Shown here piece by piece: positions 1-8,275 of a stretch of DNA of 24,000 nucleotides. The notes below the pieces were generated by a model. The model searched no databases and was not told the DNA's origin. It saw only the letters and a list, made by a program, of their open reading frames with translations. Within the stretch, counting starts at the first letter, position 1, and the number at the start of each line of letters is the position of its first letter. The position numbers were made by a program, and so were the translations under genes. Source of the stretch: Methanocaldococcus lauensis (GTDB taxonomy: Archaea > AGJL01 > Methanococci > Methanococcales > Methanocaldococcaceae); NCBI RefSeq assembly GCF_902827225.1, contig NZ_LR792632.1, forward strand, positions 119,030-143,029, in the 5' to 3' direction.

Positions 1-298
1 ACAGAGGTTGTGCATTGCGAGAGCTATAGCGGTAAAGCCAGAAGTTATATTATTAGATGAGCCAACCTCTGCATTAGATCCAATATCAACATTAAAAATA
101 GAGGAGTTAATGGTTGAATTATCTAAAGATTATACTATTGTTGTTGTTACTCACAATATGCAACAGGCAAGTAGGATTTCTGACTATACCGCATTTTTCT
201 TAATGGGAAAACTAATTGAATTTGGAAAGACAGAGGATATATTCTTAAATCCTAAGAGGAAAGAGACAGAAGATTATATTAGTGGTAGATTTGGTTAA
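1..298 (+). CDS. pstB: Phosphate ABC transporter ATP-binding protein PstB, C-terminal part (5' end lies outside the window)
   Basis: The reading frame is open to the window edge (..[27 protein letters not shown] = end of ABC signature, Walker B and D-loop; VTHNMQQA = H-loop). The C-terminus is PstB-like ([18 protein letters not shown]). phoU follows directly. Confidence 0.9.
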   Translation, partial: QRLCIARAIAVKPEVILLDEPTSALDPISTLKIEELMVELSKDYTIVVVTHNMQQASRISDYTAFFLMGKLIEFGKTEDIFLNPKRKETEDYISGRFG

Positions 299-328
299 AG
301 CTTTTAAATTTTTAAAGGAGGGTTAAAA

Positions 329-1006
329 ATGGTAAAAAAATTCGAAATGATATTAAAGGAAATAGAAAATGATTTAATGAAAATGGCAAATATGTGTATT
401 GAACAAATTGAAAACTCTATAAAGGCATTTACAGAAGGAGATAGAGAATTAGCTAAAATAGTTAGAAAGAAAGATGATGAAATAGATTTAATGGAGATTG
501 AAATAGAAGATAAATGTATTAAGGCAATTGCTTTATATCAACCAGTATCTGGAGATTTGAGGGAGTTGATAACTGCTATTAAAATATCTTCAAAATTGGA
601 GAAAATTGGAGACAATGCCTCAAAAATTTGTAAATTATTGTTAAAATCTAAAATAGAAGGTAGTAGAAAGAATGAATTATTGATAGTAATGAAAGACTAT
701 TTAATTACTATGTTAAAGAATGCAATGATTTCGTTTAAAAATAGAGATGAAGATTTAGCGAGAGAAGTTTATGAAATGGATAAAAGATTGGATGATTTAT
801 ATGAACAGTTATATAGGAGTATGATTAGCAAAATCTTAGAGGATCCTAAAAATCTAACCTTAGCAACAGAAATAATATTTGCGGCAAAATACTTGGAAAG
901 AAGTGGGAATATTGTTGCTTCAATTGGGGATAGAGTAGTTTATATGATTACTGGGGAAAGAATAAAAGAAGAAGAATTAGAAGAAAGAATTGAAGAAAAA
1001 GAATAA
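329..1006 (+). CDS. phoU: Phosphate uptake regulator PhoU
   Basis: 225 aa with the two-repeat PhoU pattern (..[22 protein letters not shown].. and ..[19 protein letters not shown]..). GGAGGG ribosome-binding site upstream. Sits immediately downstream of pstB. Confidence 0.9.
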   Translation: MVKKFEMILKEIENDLMKMANMCIEQIENSIKAFTEGDRELAKIVRKKDDEIDLMEIEIEDKCIKAIALYQPVSGDLRELITAIKISSKLEKIGDNASKICKLLLKSKIEGSRKNELLIVMKDYLITMLKNAMISFKNRDEDLAREVYEMDKRLDDLYEQLYRSMISKILEDPKNLTLATEIIFAAKYLERSGNIVASIGDRVVYMITGERIKEEELEERIEEKE

Positions 1007-1007
1007 T

Positions 1008-1056
1008 AATCTTTTTTTATTAATTTAATTTTATTAATTTAATCTTTTTTTATTAA
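1008..1056 (+). terminator. Tandem oligo-T tracts (two copies of AATCTTTTTTTATTAA), likely archaeal intrinsic terminator of pstB-phoU
   Basis: T7 runs at 1012-1018 and 1045-1051 lie directly after the phoU stop. Archaeal RNA polymerase terminates at oligo-T. Confidence 0.4.
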
Positions 1057-1184
1057 AGTTTTAAAGTTTTTATAAATGTAAGGTGTTATTGCAACAATTA
1101 TGGTAAAAATATTTTAAATTTCCTTAAATCTTGCTTAGAAAGTTTTAAATATTTTGTGTTTTATATGTGTTATTGGTGTGTATC

Positions 1185-1373
1185 ATGAGTAAGAGAATTC
1201 AGGTCACATTTACAAAAGAACAGTGGAGTATGATAGAAAAATTTCGTGGAATATTGGGAGAAAGTGACGCTGAATTAATTCGTAATATTGTGTTAATTTG
1301 GTTATCTGAAAAATCTATAATAACTACAAAAATAAAAAAAGAGATGGATGATGAAAATGGAAATAGAAACTAA
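1185..1373 (+). CDS. Small ribbon-helix-helix (CopG/Arc-like) protein, candidate controller of the adjacent R-M system
   Basis: The N-terminus MSKRIQVTFTKEQWSMIEKF.. fits an RHH beta-strand followed by a helix. I prefer the ATG at 1185 over the GTG at 1167 used by the ORF track. A TTTTATAT box at 1158-1165 would give a nearly leaderless mRNA. The 3' end overlaps the methyltransferase start by 26 nt. Confidence 0.5.
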   Translation: MSKRIQVTFTKEQWSMIEKFRGILGESDAELIRNIVLIWLSEKSIITTKIKKEMDDENGNRN

Positions 1374-2271
1374 TCATAAAATAATCTTTGGAGATTCAAG
1401 GAAAATGGATGAAATTGATGATGAAAGTGTCCATTTAGTTGTGACCTCTCCTCCATACCCTATGATTGAAATGTGGGATGATTTATTTAAATCTTTGAAC
1501 CCAAAAATAGAGAAAATATGGGAAAATATAGAAAATGAAGAAGATGAAGAAAAAAAAGAAAAAAATATTATAAAAATATATAATTTAATGCATGAAACTT
1601 TGTTACCTACTTGGGAAGAGATTTATAGAGTATTAGTTCCTGGAGGAATAGTTTGTATAAATATAGGTGATGCAACAAGAAAAGTTAATGGTATTTTTAG
1701 GTTGTTTCCAAATCATTCTAAGATAATAGAACACTTTGAGAAAATTGGATTCGTAACTCTTCCTTATATACTATGGAAAAAACCTACAAATAAGCCAAAT
1801 GCTTTTTTAGGTTCAGGATTTTTGCCTCCTAATGCCTATGTAACACTTGATGTTGAATTTATATTAATATTCAGAAAAGGAAAGCCAAGAAAATTTAAAC
1901 CCAAAGACCCATTAAGATATGCAAGTGCATACACAAAAGAAGAGAGAGACAAATGGTTTAGCCAAATATGGGAAGATATAAGGGGAGATAAACAAATACA
2001 TCCAAAAATAGAAAGACGAACAGCATCATATCCAGAAGAAATTCCAAGGAGATTAATTAGAATGTTTTCTATAATAGGAGACACAGTTTTAGACCCATTC
2101 TTAGGAACAGGAACTACAACAAAAGTAGCAATTGAATTAAAAAGAAATTCGATTGGTTATGAAATTGATGAAAACTTAAAGCCAATAATTGAAGAAAAAA
2201 TAGGTATAAAACAAAAAAGAATTGGGATAGATTTTAATGTGGAATTTCTTTATCGTAGTAAATCAGAGTAA
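1348..2271 (+). CDS. Beta-class DNA methyltransferase (SPPY catalytic motif, probably N4-cytosine; N6-adenine not excluded)
   Basis: Motif IV VTSPPYP is near the N-terminus and motif I VLDPFLGTGTT is near the C-terminus, which is the beta-class order. There is an acidic insert (ENIENEEDEEKKEK). It is convergent with a putative endonuclease. Confidence 0.9.
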   Translation: MMKMEIETNHKIIFGDSRKMDEIDDESVHLVVTSPPYPMIEMWDDLFKSLNPKIEKIWENIENEEDEEKKEKNIIKIYNLMHETLLPTWEEIYRVLVPGGIVCINIGDATRKVNGIFRLFPNHSKIIEHFEKIGFVTLPYILWKKPTNKPNAFLGSGFLPPNAYVTLDVEFILIFRKGKPRKFKPKDPLRYASAYTKEERDKWFSQIWEDIRGDKQIHPKIERRTASYPEEIPRRLIRMFSIIGDTVLDPFLGTGTTTKVAIELKRNSIGYEIDENLKPIIEEKIGIKQKRIGIDFNVEFLYRSKSE

Positions 2272-2855
2272 TCAATTTCTATTTCATTCTTTTTCTTTTG
2301 ATAGATTATGATTTTTCCTTTAAGTTCTTCCTTGAGATGTTTTTCCTGAAGATAAGAAGATGGTTTTATCGAGACCGGAATATCTCCAATATAACCATCA
2401 ATACCTTTACTTTCTTCATCTGGTGTTGATAATCTATAAGATTTTCCCATTTCTTCAGCGACCTTTTTCAAAATAGCTTCTTGAAGGTTGAGTCCCATAA
2501 ATGTCTTAACTAAAATTAAGTCCTCGACCCATTTTCTTATGGTTTTTTCATCAAGTTCATTTAGAACTTTTTTGAAATCATTTATTTTTTCCATAATCTT
2601 TTTAGTGGCTTCATCAATAGCGTTTGGATATTTTGATAAGTACCATTTTTTCCAATCTTCAAATGTTTTGCCTCCATTTGCTTTAAATTCTTTCATTAGT
2701 TCAGACATTTGTCCAACATTTTTTGGTCTTGTAGCTTGGGAATATATATTGGCAAGATTTATTAATTGGGAAGCATATTTTGGAAATTCTGGATTAGGGA
2801 GGGAAAGTAAATCTCTAACTTCATCATATTTTAATTTAGTTTTACCTTTCTGCAT
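2250..2855 (-). CDS. Putative type II restriction endonuclease (possible PD-(D/E)xK core ..GIDGY..VSIKP..)
   Basis: About 200-aa ORF convergent with the methyltransferase, with a 22-nt 3' overlap. Candidate catalytic D..(S)IK pattern near the C-terminus. I prefer the ATG start (MQKGKT..) at 2855, which is preceded by GTGATA. The product call is by context only. Confidence 0.5.
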   Translation of the reverse strand: MQKGKTKLKYDEVRDLLSLPNPEFPKYASQLINLANIYSQATRPKNVGQMSELMKEFKANGGKTFEDWKKWYLSKYPNAIDEATKKIMEKINDFKKVLNELDEKTIRKWVEDLILVKTFMGLNLQEAILKKVAEEMGKSYRLSTPDEESKGIDGYIGDIPVSIKPSSYLQEKHLKEELKGKIIIYQKKKNEIEIDYSDLLR

Positions 2856-2949
2856 TATATCACAACACAATAAAATTTATTTTATGTTTTAGTGTTTAAT
2901 TTATGACTTGTAAATAAATAATTTTTTATTGTTTTGTTGTGATAGCATG
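2853..2949. promoter_or_regulatory. Symmetric divergent control region: imperfect 23-26-bp inverted repeat spanning both start codons
   Basis: 2853-2875 (CATTATATCACAACACAATAAAA) matches the reverse complement of 2924-2949 (CATGCTATCACAACAAAACAATAAAA). The perfect 10-mer core is TATCACAACA (2858-2867) / TGTTGTGATA (2935-2944), and the centre is near 2901. Confidence 0.45.
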
Positions 2950-3813
2950 AGAGCATATCCTATTAAAACAAGATACATAAGAAAAGGAGAAAATTTTATC
3001 CCAATTGTTATTGAAGCAATAAAAAATAGTAGAATTAAATTAGAGGATGGAGACTTTGTTGTATTAAGTGAGAAGATGGTTTCTACATCAGAAGGAAATT
3101 TTATTGATGAAAGTAAATTTACTCCAGGAATATTAGCTTATTTTTGTTATTATTGGTCAAAATATGTTTGGGGCTATGTTCTTGGGAAACTTTTGAAAGT
3201 TAAAGAGGATAAAATAAAAAATTTAAGGAAATTGCCAAAAGAAGAAACTTTAAAACATAAGCAGGCAATTATAGAAACTGTGGGATTACTATATGCTTTA
3301 AAACCTTATGCTGAGGGTGGAGTAGATTTAACTAATGTTCCTGGAACTTATGCCTGCCCTTTACCAAAAAATCCAAAAAAATGGGCTGAAAAATTGTATA
3401 AGGAGATAAAAAAAGAGTTAGGAGTTGATGTAGTAGTTATGATATCTGACACTGATGCAACATATAAAGTTTTAAATTTTTACATTACTGCATTGCCTTA
3501 TGCTATTGATGGAATAATAAGTGGAGTAGGTGTTTTTGGTTTTATTCTTGGAAGATTAGCAGATGTTTTAAAGATTGGAGGATTTGCTGGATGCACACCA
3601 TTGGCTGTATATGGAGATTATAAAAAATATACAATTGGAGAGCTTGTAAGGATAGCGTATATTTGCGATAGAGTTCATAAAACTATAAAAAACATTAATG
3701 AAGTTTTTGAAAAATATAACACTTATATTATAACAGAGGATATACTAAAAAAATTAGAGCATACTCCAGTTGTGGTTGTTAAAATGAAAGAAGAATATAA
3801 GCCAGTAAAATAA
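2947..3813 (+). CDS. CofE-like (F420-0:gamma-glutamyl ligase fold) paralog of unknown function
   Basis: N-terminus ..IKTRYIRKGENFIPIVIEAI..LEDGDFVVLSEKMVSTSEG.., then ..EGGVDLTNVPG..PLPKNP..VVVMISDTDATYK... Both resemble CofE-family motifs. It carries two hydrophobic inserts. ATG at 2947 is the preferred start. Confidence 0.55.
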   Translation: MRAYPIKTRYIRKGENFIPIVIEAIKNSRIKLEDGDFVVLSEKMVSTSEGNFIDESKFTPGILAYFCYYWSKYVWGYVLGKLLKVKEDKIKNLRKLPKEETLKHKQAIIETVGLLYALKPYAEGGVDLTNVPGTYACPLPKNPKKWAEKLYKEIKKELGVDVVVMISDTDATYKVLNFYITALPYAIDGIISGVGVFGFILGRLADVLKIGGFAGCTPLAVYGDYKKYTIGELVRIAYICDRVHKTIKNINEVFEKYNTYIITEDILKKLEHTPVVVVKMKEEYKPVK

Positions 3814-4140
3814 GAAATAAAAATTAAACTCATAAAATTTTAAATTTTATTCATAAAAATTAATACTCAATCTAGGAATTTTTTCGACTTTAGTAATAAT
3901 TATTAACAAAGAAAATTTATTTTTTATTATTTTATAATAAAATTTTATAAGTTTTTAGTATTTTAATAATAATTTTTTAATATTTTTTGTTATTTTTTAT
4001 TACTTAGAGTGGAATTTTCCCGAGACTTGTTATTACTTTTGAAAAATATATAAATTAATAAATATATGAATTTAATTAAAAATAAAATTTCTATCTTTTA
4101 AACCCATAAGTAATTTTATTCATATCAATTATACCACTTT

Positions 4141-5276
4141 ATTTCCATCCCCTTAGGGGTCTGAGTTTTAAACCCATAGGGGGCTCTGCCCCCTATTAGT
4201 ATACCCCCGAATATTTGCCTTTTTGTTTAATTTTAGATATCCCGAACCATAGGGCTCCGCCCTATTGGGATACCCGGGATGCATTGCTTCGCTAACGCTC
4301 AGCAATGCATCTTAAATTAAAATCATTTTCCCTTAGGGGTCTGATTTTAGACTACACAGTTTCAGGACATATTGACAAAATAAAACTAACCTTTCCATCC
4401 CCTTAGGGGTCTGATTTTAGGCATTTAAACTTCATTTTCCCTCACCTTTGCCCTTGTTGTTTCCATCCCCTTAGGGGTCTGATTTTAGACCGTAACTAAC
4501 TTATCAAACCAAAACTTAAAGATTTATTGTTTCCATCCCCTTAGGGGTCTGATTTTAGACTTATGAAAACGGGATAACATATCTGAACAATACTTAGTTT
4601 CCATCCCCCTAGGGGTCTGATTTTAGACTGAGCATAATGTAAAAATCGAAGAAATTAAAAATAACTTAGAAGAATGTTTCCATCCCCTTAGGGGTCTGAT
4701 TTTAGACGCTGGATATGATATGGAGACGTTAGAAATTGTCGATGTTTCCATCCCCTTAGGGGTCTGATTTTAGACATATATAAATTCATTAATATATTCG
4801 GATAATAAAAAAAGTTTCCATCCCCTTAGGGGTCTGATTTTAGACAAGTTATAAAAGAAGTTAGAGAGATTAAAAAAGAGGTGTTTCCATCCCCTTAGAG
4901 GTCTGATTTTAGACTTTTATTTTACAATTTTTTTAGGGGGGCATTATGTTTTTGTTTCCATCCCCTTAGGGGTCTGATTTTAGACCAAGCAGGCGACACT
5001 TCAACGAGTTCGTGTAAACTTAGTTTCCATCCCCTTAGGGGTCTGATTTTAGACAGAAATAAGAAAAATCATAAGAGAAAGTATAAAAGAAGCATTAGAA
5101 GGTTTCCATCCCCTTAGGGGTCTGATTTTAGACGAAAGCATAAAGAGAATTCCAAAAGGAATTTGGGAATTTTTGTTTCCATCCCCTTAGGGGTCTGATT
5201 TTAGACATTTTTCTTTTTAGTTTCTACATATCCATATCTTTTTAGTTTCCATCCCCTTAGGGGTCTGATTTTAGAC
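4141..5276 (-). CRISPR. CRISPR array A: 13 conserved 32-nt repeats plus 3 decayed trailer repeats
   Basis: The repeat reads GTTTCCATCCCCTTAGGGGTCTGATTTTAGAC on the plus strand. Copies start at 4391, 4459, 4529, 4597, 4676, 4744, 4814, 4883, 4954, 5023, 5102, 5175 and 5245. The 12 spacers between them are unique and 36-47 nt long. Point variants occur in the repeats at 4391, 4597 and 4883. Decayed repeats lie at 4141-4173, about 4208-4239 and 4325-4352. Strand call: decay is at the low-coordinate end, and the reverse complement ends in ..GGAUGGAAAC, which resembles the AUUGAAAC-type 8-nt crRNA 5' handle. Confidence 0.95.
4174..4311. repeat. Two hairpin elements and one 10-bp-stem palindrome inside the decayed trailer of array A
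   Basis: 4174-4208 is CCATAGGGGGC-TCT-GCCCCCTATTAGTATACCCCC. 4238-4278 is TATCCCGAACCATAGGGC-TCC-GCCCTATTGGGATACCCGGG. 4278-4311 is GATGCATTGC-(TTCGCTAACGCTCA)-GCAATGCATC. Confidence 0.85.
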
Positions 5277-5640
5277 AGGGCATAATTTTTTGAGATTAAG
5301 GACTAAAATTACTTTATTATGCTTCTTTGTTGGGGGGTTATAGTTTGGAGGGTCAGTAACCCTTGTTATTTATATACCTCCGAACTTATATATAAACTTT
5401 TCTATTTTTATTTATTAGTTTAAAAATTCTTTAAATTTTTATTATTAACTTATTTATCGGGGAAAATTGAAGATAAAAATAAATTACTAAAATCTCCTAA
5501 AAATCTCAATAATTTAATAAAACCAAATACTCAAATTAATCAAAATAGAAGACCCTTCGAAATTTGATAAAATCTTTTAAAATTTAAAAATTTCAAATTA
5601 AATCCCTCCAAATCAAAAAATAAAAATTTTTAGCGAGGGA
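5277..5640 (-). promoter_or_regulatory. Leader of CRISPR array A with a candidate TATA box
   Basis: AT-rich non-coding DNA flanks the best-conserved repeat. On the minus strand TTTATATATA (complement of 5387-5396) lies about 110 nt from the first repeat. A degenerate member of the hairpin family sits at about 5332-5383 (GGAGGGT-CAGTA-ACCCTT..TATATACCTCCGAA). The outer boundary is uncertain. Confidence 0.55.
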
Positions 5641-5689
5641 AAATATCTAAATGGAACTGCTATTAAATCGAAGATGTGGTTTCTTTAAA

Positions 5690-5835
5690 CCCCGATTGCC
5701 AGCCGATGAACTTAGGAGGCTGGAAGGTTCTTCGCTACAATTTCTTCCAGTAGCGGAGAACCAGAACGGTCTGTCTCCGTTCAGCCTGGAAGTCCAATGA
5801 ACTTATGGCAGAGAGATTGGCATTCTCGATGAAAT
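5690..5835 (+). ncRNA. GC-rich structured RNA candidate of unknown family
   Basis: This is an isolated GC-rich island in AT-rich non-coding DNA. One hairpin pairs 5726-5738 (GGTTCTTCGCTAC) with 5750-5762 (GTAGCGGAGAACC) over 13 bp; it contains one pair that is U-G on the plus strand but A-C on the minus strand. A second hairpin pairs 5764-5769 with 5777-5782 (GAACGG/CCGTTC). CCAGCC at 5699-5704 pairs with GGCTGG at 5718-5723. The motif CCRATGAACTTAKGG is duplicated at 5703-5716 and 5794-5808. The strand call is weak. Confidence 0.4.
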
Positions 5836-5932
5836 TTCCATAGATATCGGTTTATATAAATTAAGTTGTTAAATGCTATAATATGCTATGGAAATGGAAA
5901 ACAGTCTCCGTTACTATTCGTTCTGTATATGT

Positions 5933-7591
5933 TTAGTATCTCAATACAGCTCCTTCATCAGCTGATGTTACAAGTTTAGCATATCTTGCCAAGTAACCTT
6001 TTTTAACTTTTGGTTCAGGTTTTTTCCATTTAGCTAATCTTTCTTTTATCTCATCTTTATCCAAATCTAAATCTAATTTTTTGTTTATCATATCTATTTT
6101 AATTATATCTCCATCTTTAACTATCGCTATTGGTCCTCCAGCCATAGCTTCTGGTGAAACATGCCCAATACAGGGCCCTCTACTACCTCCACTGAATCTA
6201 CCATCTGTAATTAATGCTACTGAATCATCTAAACCCATTCCACATATTGCTGAAGTTGGAGCTAACATTTCTCTCATCCCAGGCCCTCCTGCAGGACCTT
6301 CATATCTAATAACTACAACATCTCCTCTTTCTATCTCTCCATTTAATATTGCATCAACAGCCTCTTCCTCACTATCAAATACTCTTGCAGGCCCTTCATG
6401 TTTATACATCTTTGGATTTACAGCACCTATTTTAACCACTGCTCCATTTGGTGCCAAACTACCTTTTAATATCCTTAAACCAGCTGTTTCATGGACTGGA
6501 TTGTCAATTGGTCTTATAACATTATAATCAATATATTTAACTTCATTAATTATCTCTCCAAGGGTCTTTCCACTAACTGTTAGACAGTTTTTCCTTATTT
6601 TCTCTTCTAAAACCTTTAATACTGCAGGAATGCCTCCTGCTCTATGTAAATCAATCATAAAGTGTTCTCCACCAGGTCTTAAAGATGCAATATGTGGCAC
6701 TTCGTCAGACAACATATCAAAGTCATCCAACGTTATAAATTTTGGCTTTATTTCATTTGCTATTGCTGGGATATGTAAGGTTGTGTTTGTTGAACCTCCT
6801 AAAGCTAAATCAACTAATATTGCATTTTCAAATGCCTCTTTAGTTAATATCTTATCTGGAGTTATATTATTTCTAACTAAATCAACTATTCTCATCCCGC
6901 TTCTCTTAGCTATTCTTATCTTTTCTGCTGTTGTTGCATGAGCTGTTGCGCAATAAGGAAGAGACAAACCCATAGCTTCAGTTAAACAAGCCATTGTATT
7001 TGCTGTAAATAAACCCGCACAACTTCCAGCCCCTGGACAGGCAATATCTTCAATTTCTTTAAGTTCTTCCTCTGTAATTTTCCCAGCAGCACAAGCTCCA
7101 ACCCCTTCAAATACACTAATTAAATCATATTTTTTCCCTCTCAACTCTCCAGGAAACATTGGACCTCCAGTAACAACTATAAATGGTAATCCAGTTCTTA
7201 TAGCTCCCATTATCATTCCAGGAACTATTTTATCACAACTTGGTATTAAAACTAAGCCGTCAAATCCATGGGCTTTTGCCATACTCTCTACAGTGTCAGC
7301 AATAATCTCTCTTGAAGGTAAAGAATACTTCATCCCCTCATGACCCATAGCTATTCCATCACATATTGCCATTGTGTTGAATTCAAAGGCAGTTCCTCCA
7401 TTTGCATATATTCCTTTTTTTACAGCTTCAGCAATGTCTCTTAAATGTACATGTCCTGGAACTACTTCAGTAAAGCTATTAACAACTCCAATAAAAGGTT
7501 TTTCTAATTCTTCATCCGTGTATCCACAAGCCTTTAACAAACTTCTATTTGGAGCTCTTTTTAGCCCTTTTTTTACTCTATCACTTATCAT
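5933..7591 (-). CDS. ilvD: Dihydroxy-acid dehydratase
   Basis: Full-length IlvD/Edd family match by eye ([21 protein letters not shown].., CDKIVPGM, ..GHVSPEA..). The start is taken at the ATG preceded by GGTGGA. The track's earlier start is a GTG lying inside that Shine-Dalgarno box. Confidence 0.95.
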   Translation of the reverse strand: MISDRVKKGLKRAPNRSLLKACGYTDEELEKPFIGVVNSFTEVVPGHVHLRDIAEAVKKGIYANGGTAFEFNTMAICDGIAMGHEGMKYSLPSREIIADTVESMAKAHGFDGLVLIPSCDKIVPGMIMGAIRTGLPFIVVTGGPMFPGELRGKKYDLISVFEGVGACAAGKITEEELKEIEDIACPGAGSCAGLFTANTMACLTEAMGLSLPYCATAHATTAEKIRIAKRSGMRIVDLVRNNITPDKILTKEAFENAILVDLALGGSTNTTLHIPAIANEIKPKFITLDDFDMLSDEVPHIASLRPGGEHFMIDLHRAGGIPAVLKVLEEKIRKNCLTVSGKTLGEIINEVKYIDYNVIRPIDNPVHETAGLRILKGSLAPNGAVVKIGAVNPKMYKHEGPARVFDSEEEAVDAILNGEIERGDVVVIRYEGPAGGPGMREMLAPTSAICGMGLDDSVALITDGRFSGGSRGPCIGHVSPEAMAGGPIAIVKDGDIIKIDMINKKLDLDLDKDEIKERLAKWKKPEPKVKKGYLARYAKLVTSADEGAVLRY

Positions 7592-7700
7592 TTTATCCAC
7601 CTTTAAAAAAACTTAAATGCTAAGCTTAATGCTATTAATGAAATTTAAAAACTAATTTAAAAAGAAAAAATAATTTTGTTGAACTTTTATCCATTATTAT

Positions 7701-8207
7701 TTAACCTTCTACTTTCATCTTCTTCTTTAAATATGGCATTAATCCACCTGCCTCTAAGATTTCCATCATAAATTCTGGAAGTTTGTTTCCTTGTAGAACT
7801 TCTCCAGTAGTTAAGTTTTTGATCTCCCCAGTTTTTAAATTAACCTCTAAAATATCTCCTTCATTAACTTTCTCTGAAATTCCTTTACATTCAATTACAG
7901 ACAAACCTACATTAATAGCATTTCTATAAAATATTCTTGCAAAACTTTCAGCAATAACACAGCTAATTCCAGCCCCTTTTAATCCTAATGGTGCATGCTC
8001 TCTACTTGAACCACAACCAAAGTTCTTTCCTCCAACAATTATATCTCCAGGTTTAACTTTTTTTGGAAAGTCAGGATCAGCCCCTGTCATAACAAACTGT
8101 GCTAACTCCTCTGGCTTAGTATAAACTAAGTATCTTGCTGGCAATATAGCATCTGTATCTATGTTATCTCCAAACTTCCAAACTCTTCCTTTTATTATCT
8201 TTTCCAT
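7701..8207 (-). CDS. leuD: 3-isopropylmalate dehydratase (isopropylmalate isomerase) small subunit
   Basis: Aconitase swivel-domain small subunit (..[17 protein letters not shown].., [10 protein letters not shown]). The YLVY loop matches the pattern reported for the Methanocaldococcus isopropylmalate isomerase small subunit, as opposed to YLRT in homoaconitase. ATG start after GGTGA. Confidence 0.85.
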   Translation of the reverse strand: MEKIIKGRVWKFGDNIDTDAILPARYLVYTKPEELAQFVMTGADPDFPKKVKPGDIIVGGKNFGCGSSREHAPLGLKGAGISCVIAESFARIFYRNAINVGLSVIECKGISEKVNEGDILEVNLKTGEIKNLTTGEVLQGNKLPEFMMEILEAGGLMPYLKKKMKVEG

Positions 8208-8275
8208 TATTCTCACCTATATATTTTTAAAAATAAAAAAGATTCGAAGTATAATAAATACTTTTATGATATATA

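Noticed and set aside
1836-2892. ORFs 1836-2084 (-) and 2488-2892 (+), antisense to the methyltransferase and the endonuclease
   Set aside because: They are nested antisense to better-supported genes, have no ribosome-binding site, and have hydrophobic low-complexity translations.
3875-5648. GC-containing motif on both sides of array A: GGAATTTT(TT/CC)CGA(G)ACTT at 3875-3890 and 4011-4028, with inverted relatives at 5456-5470 and 5632-5647
   Set aside because: The shared core is only about 9-10 nt and imperfect. I cannot exclude chance or a common leader/trailer motif without genome-wide counts, so I do not call it a terminal inverted repeat.
5690-5835. Possible RNase P RNA or box C/D sRNA
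   Set aside because: CUGGAAGUCC and CAGAACGG faintly recall RNase P conserved regions. However, the island is only about 150 nt and lacks the rest of the conserved core. GAUGAA motifs are present, but there is no proper RUGAUGA..CUGA pairing or C/D-sized unit. I kept it only as an RNA of unknown family.
6081-6941. Plus-strand ORFs of 148 and 103 aa (and 7374-7616, 80 aa) inside ilvD
   Set aside because: They are fully antisense to a strongly conserved full-length ilvD. The translations are low-complexity and rich in S, P, I and L, with no motifs. These are typical shadow ORFs.
5869-7625. 10-mer TTAAATGCTA at both ends of ilvD (5869-5878 and 7616-7625)
   Set aside because: This is a single short AT-rich match, expected by chance in a 24-kb AT-rich window. 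There is no extended similarity around it.
7592-8216. Longer N-termini given by the ORF track for ilvD (MDKM..) and leuD (MRIM..)
   Set aside because: The upstream GTG codons lie inside the GGTGGA and GGTGA Shine-Dalgarno boxes that serve the downstream ATGs. The shorter proteins also start like their orthologues.
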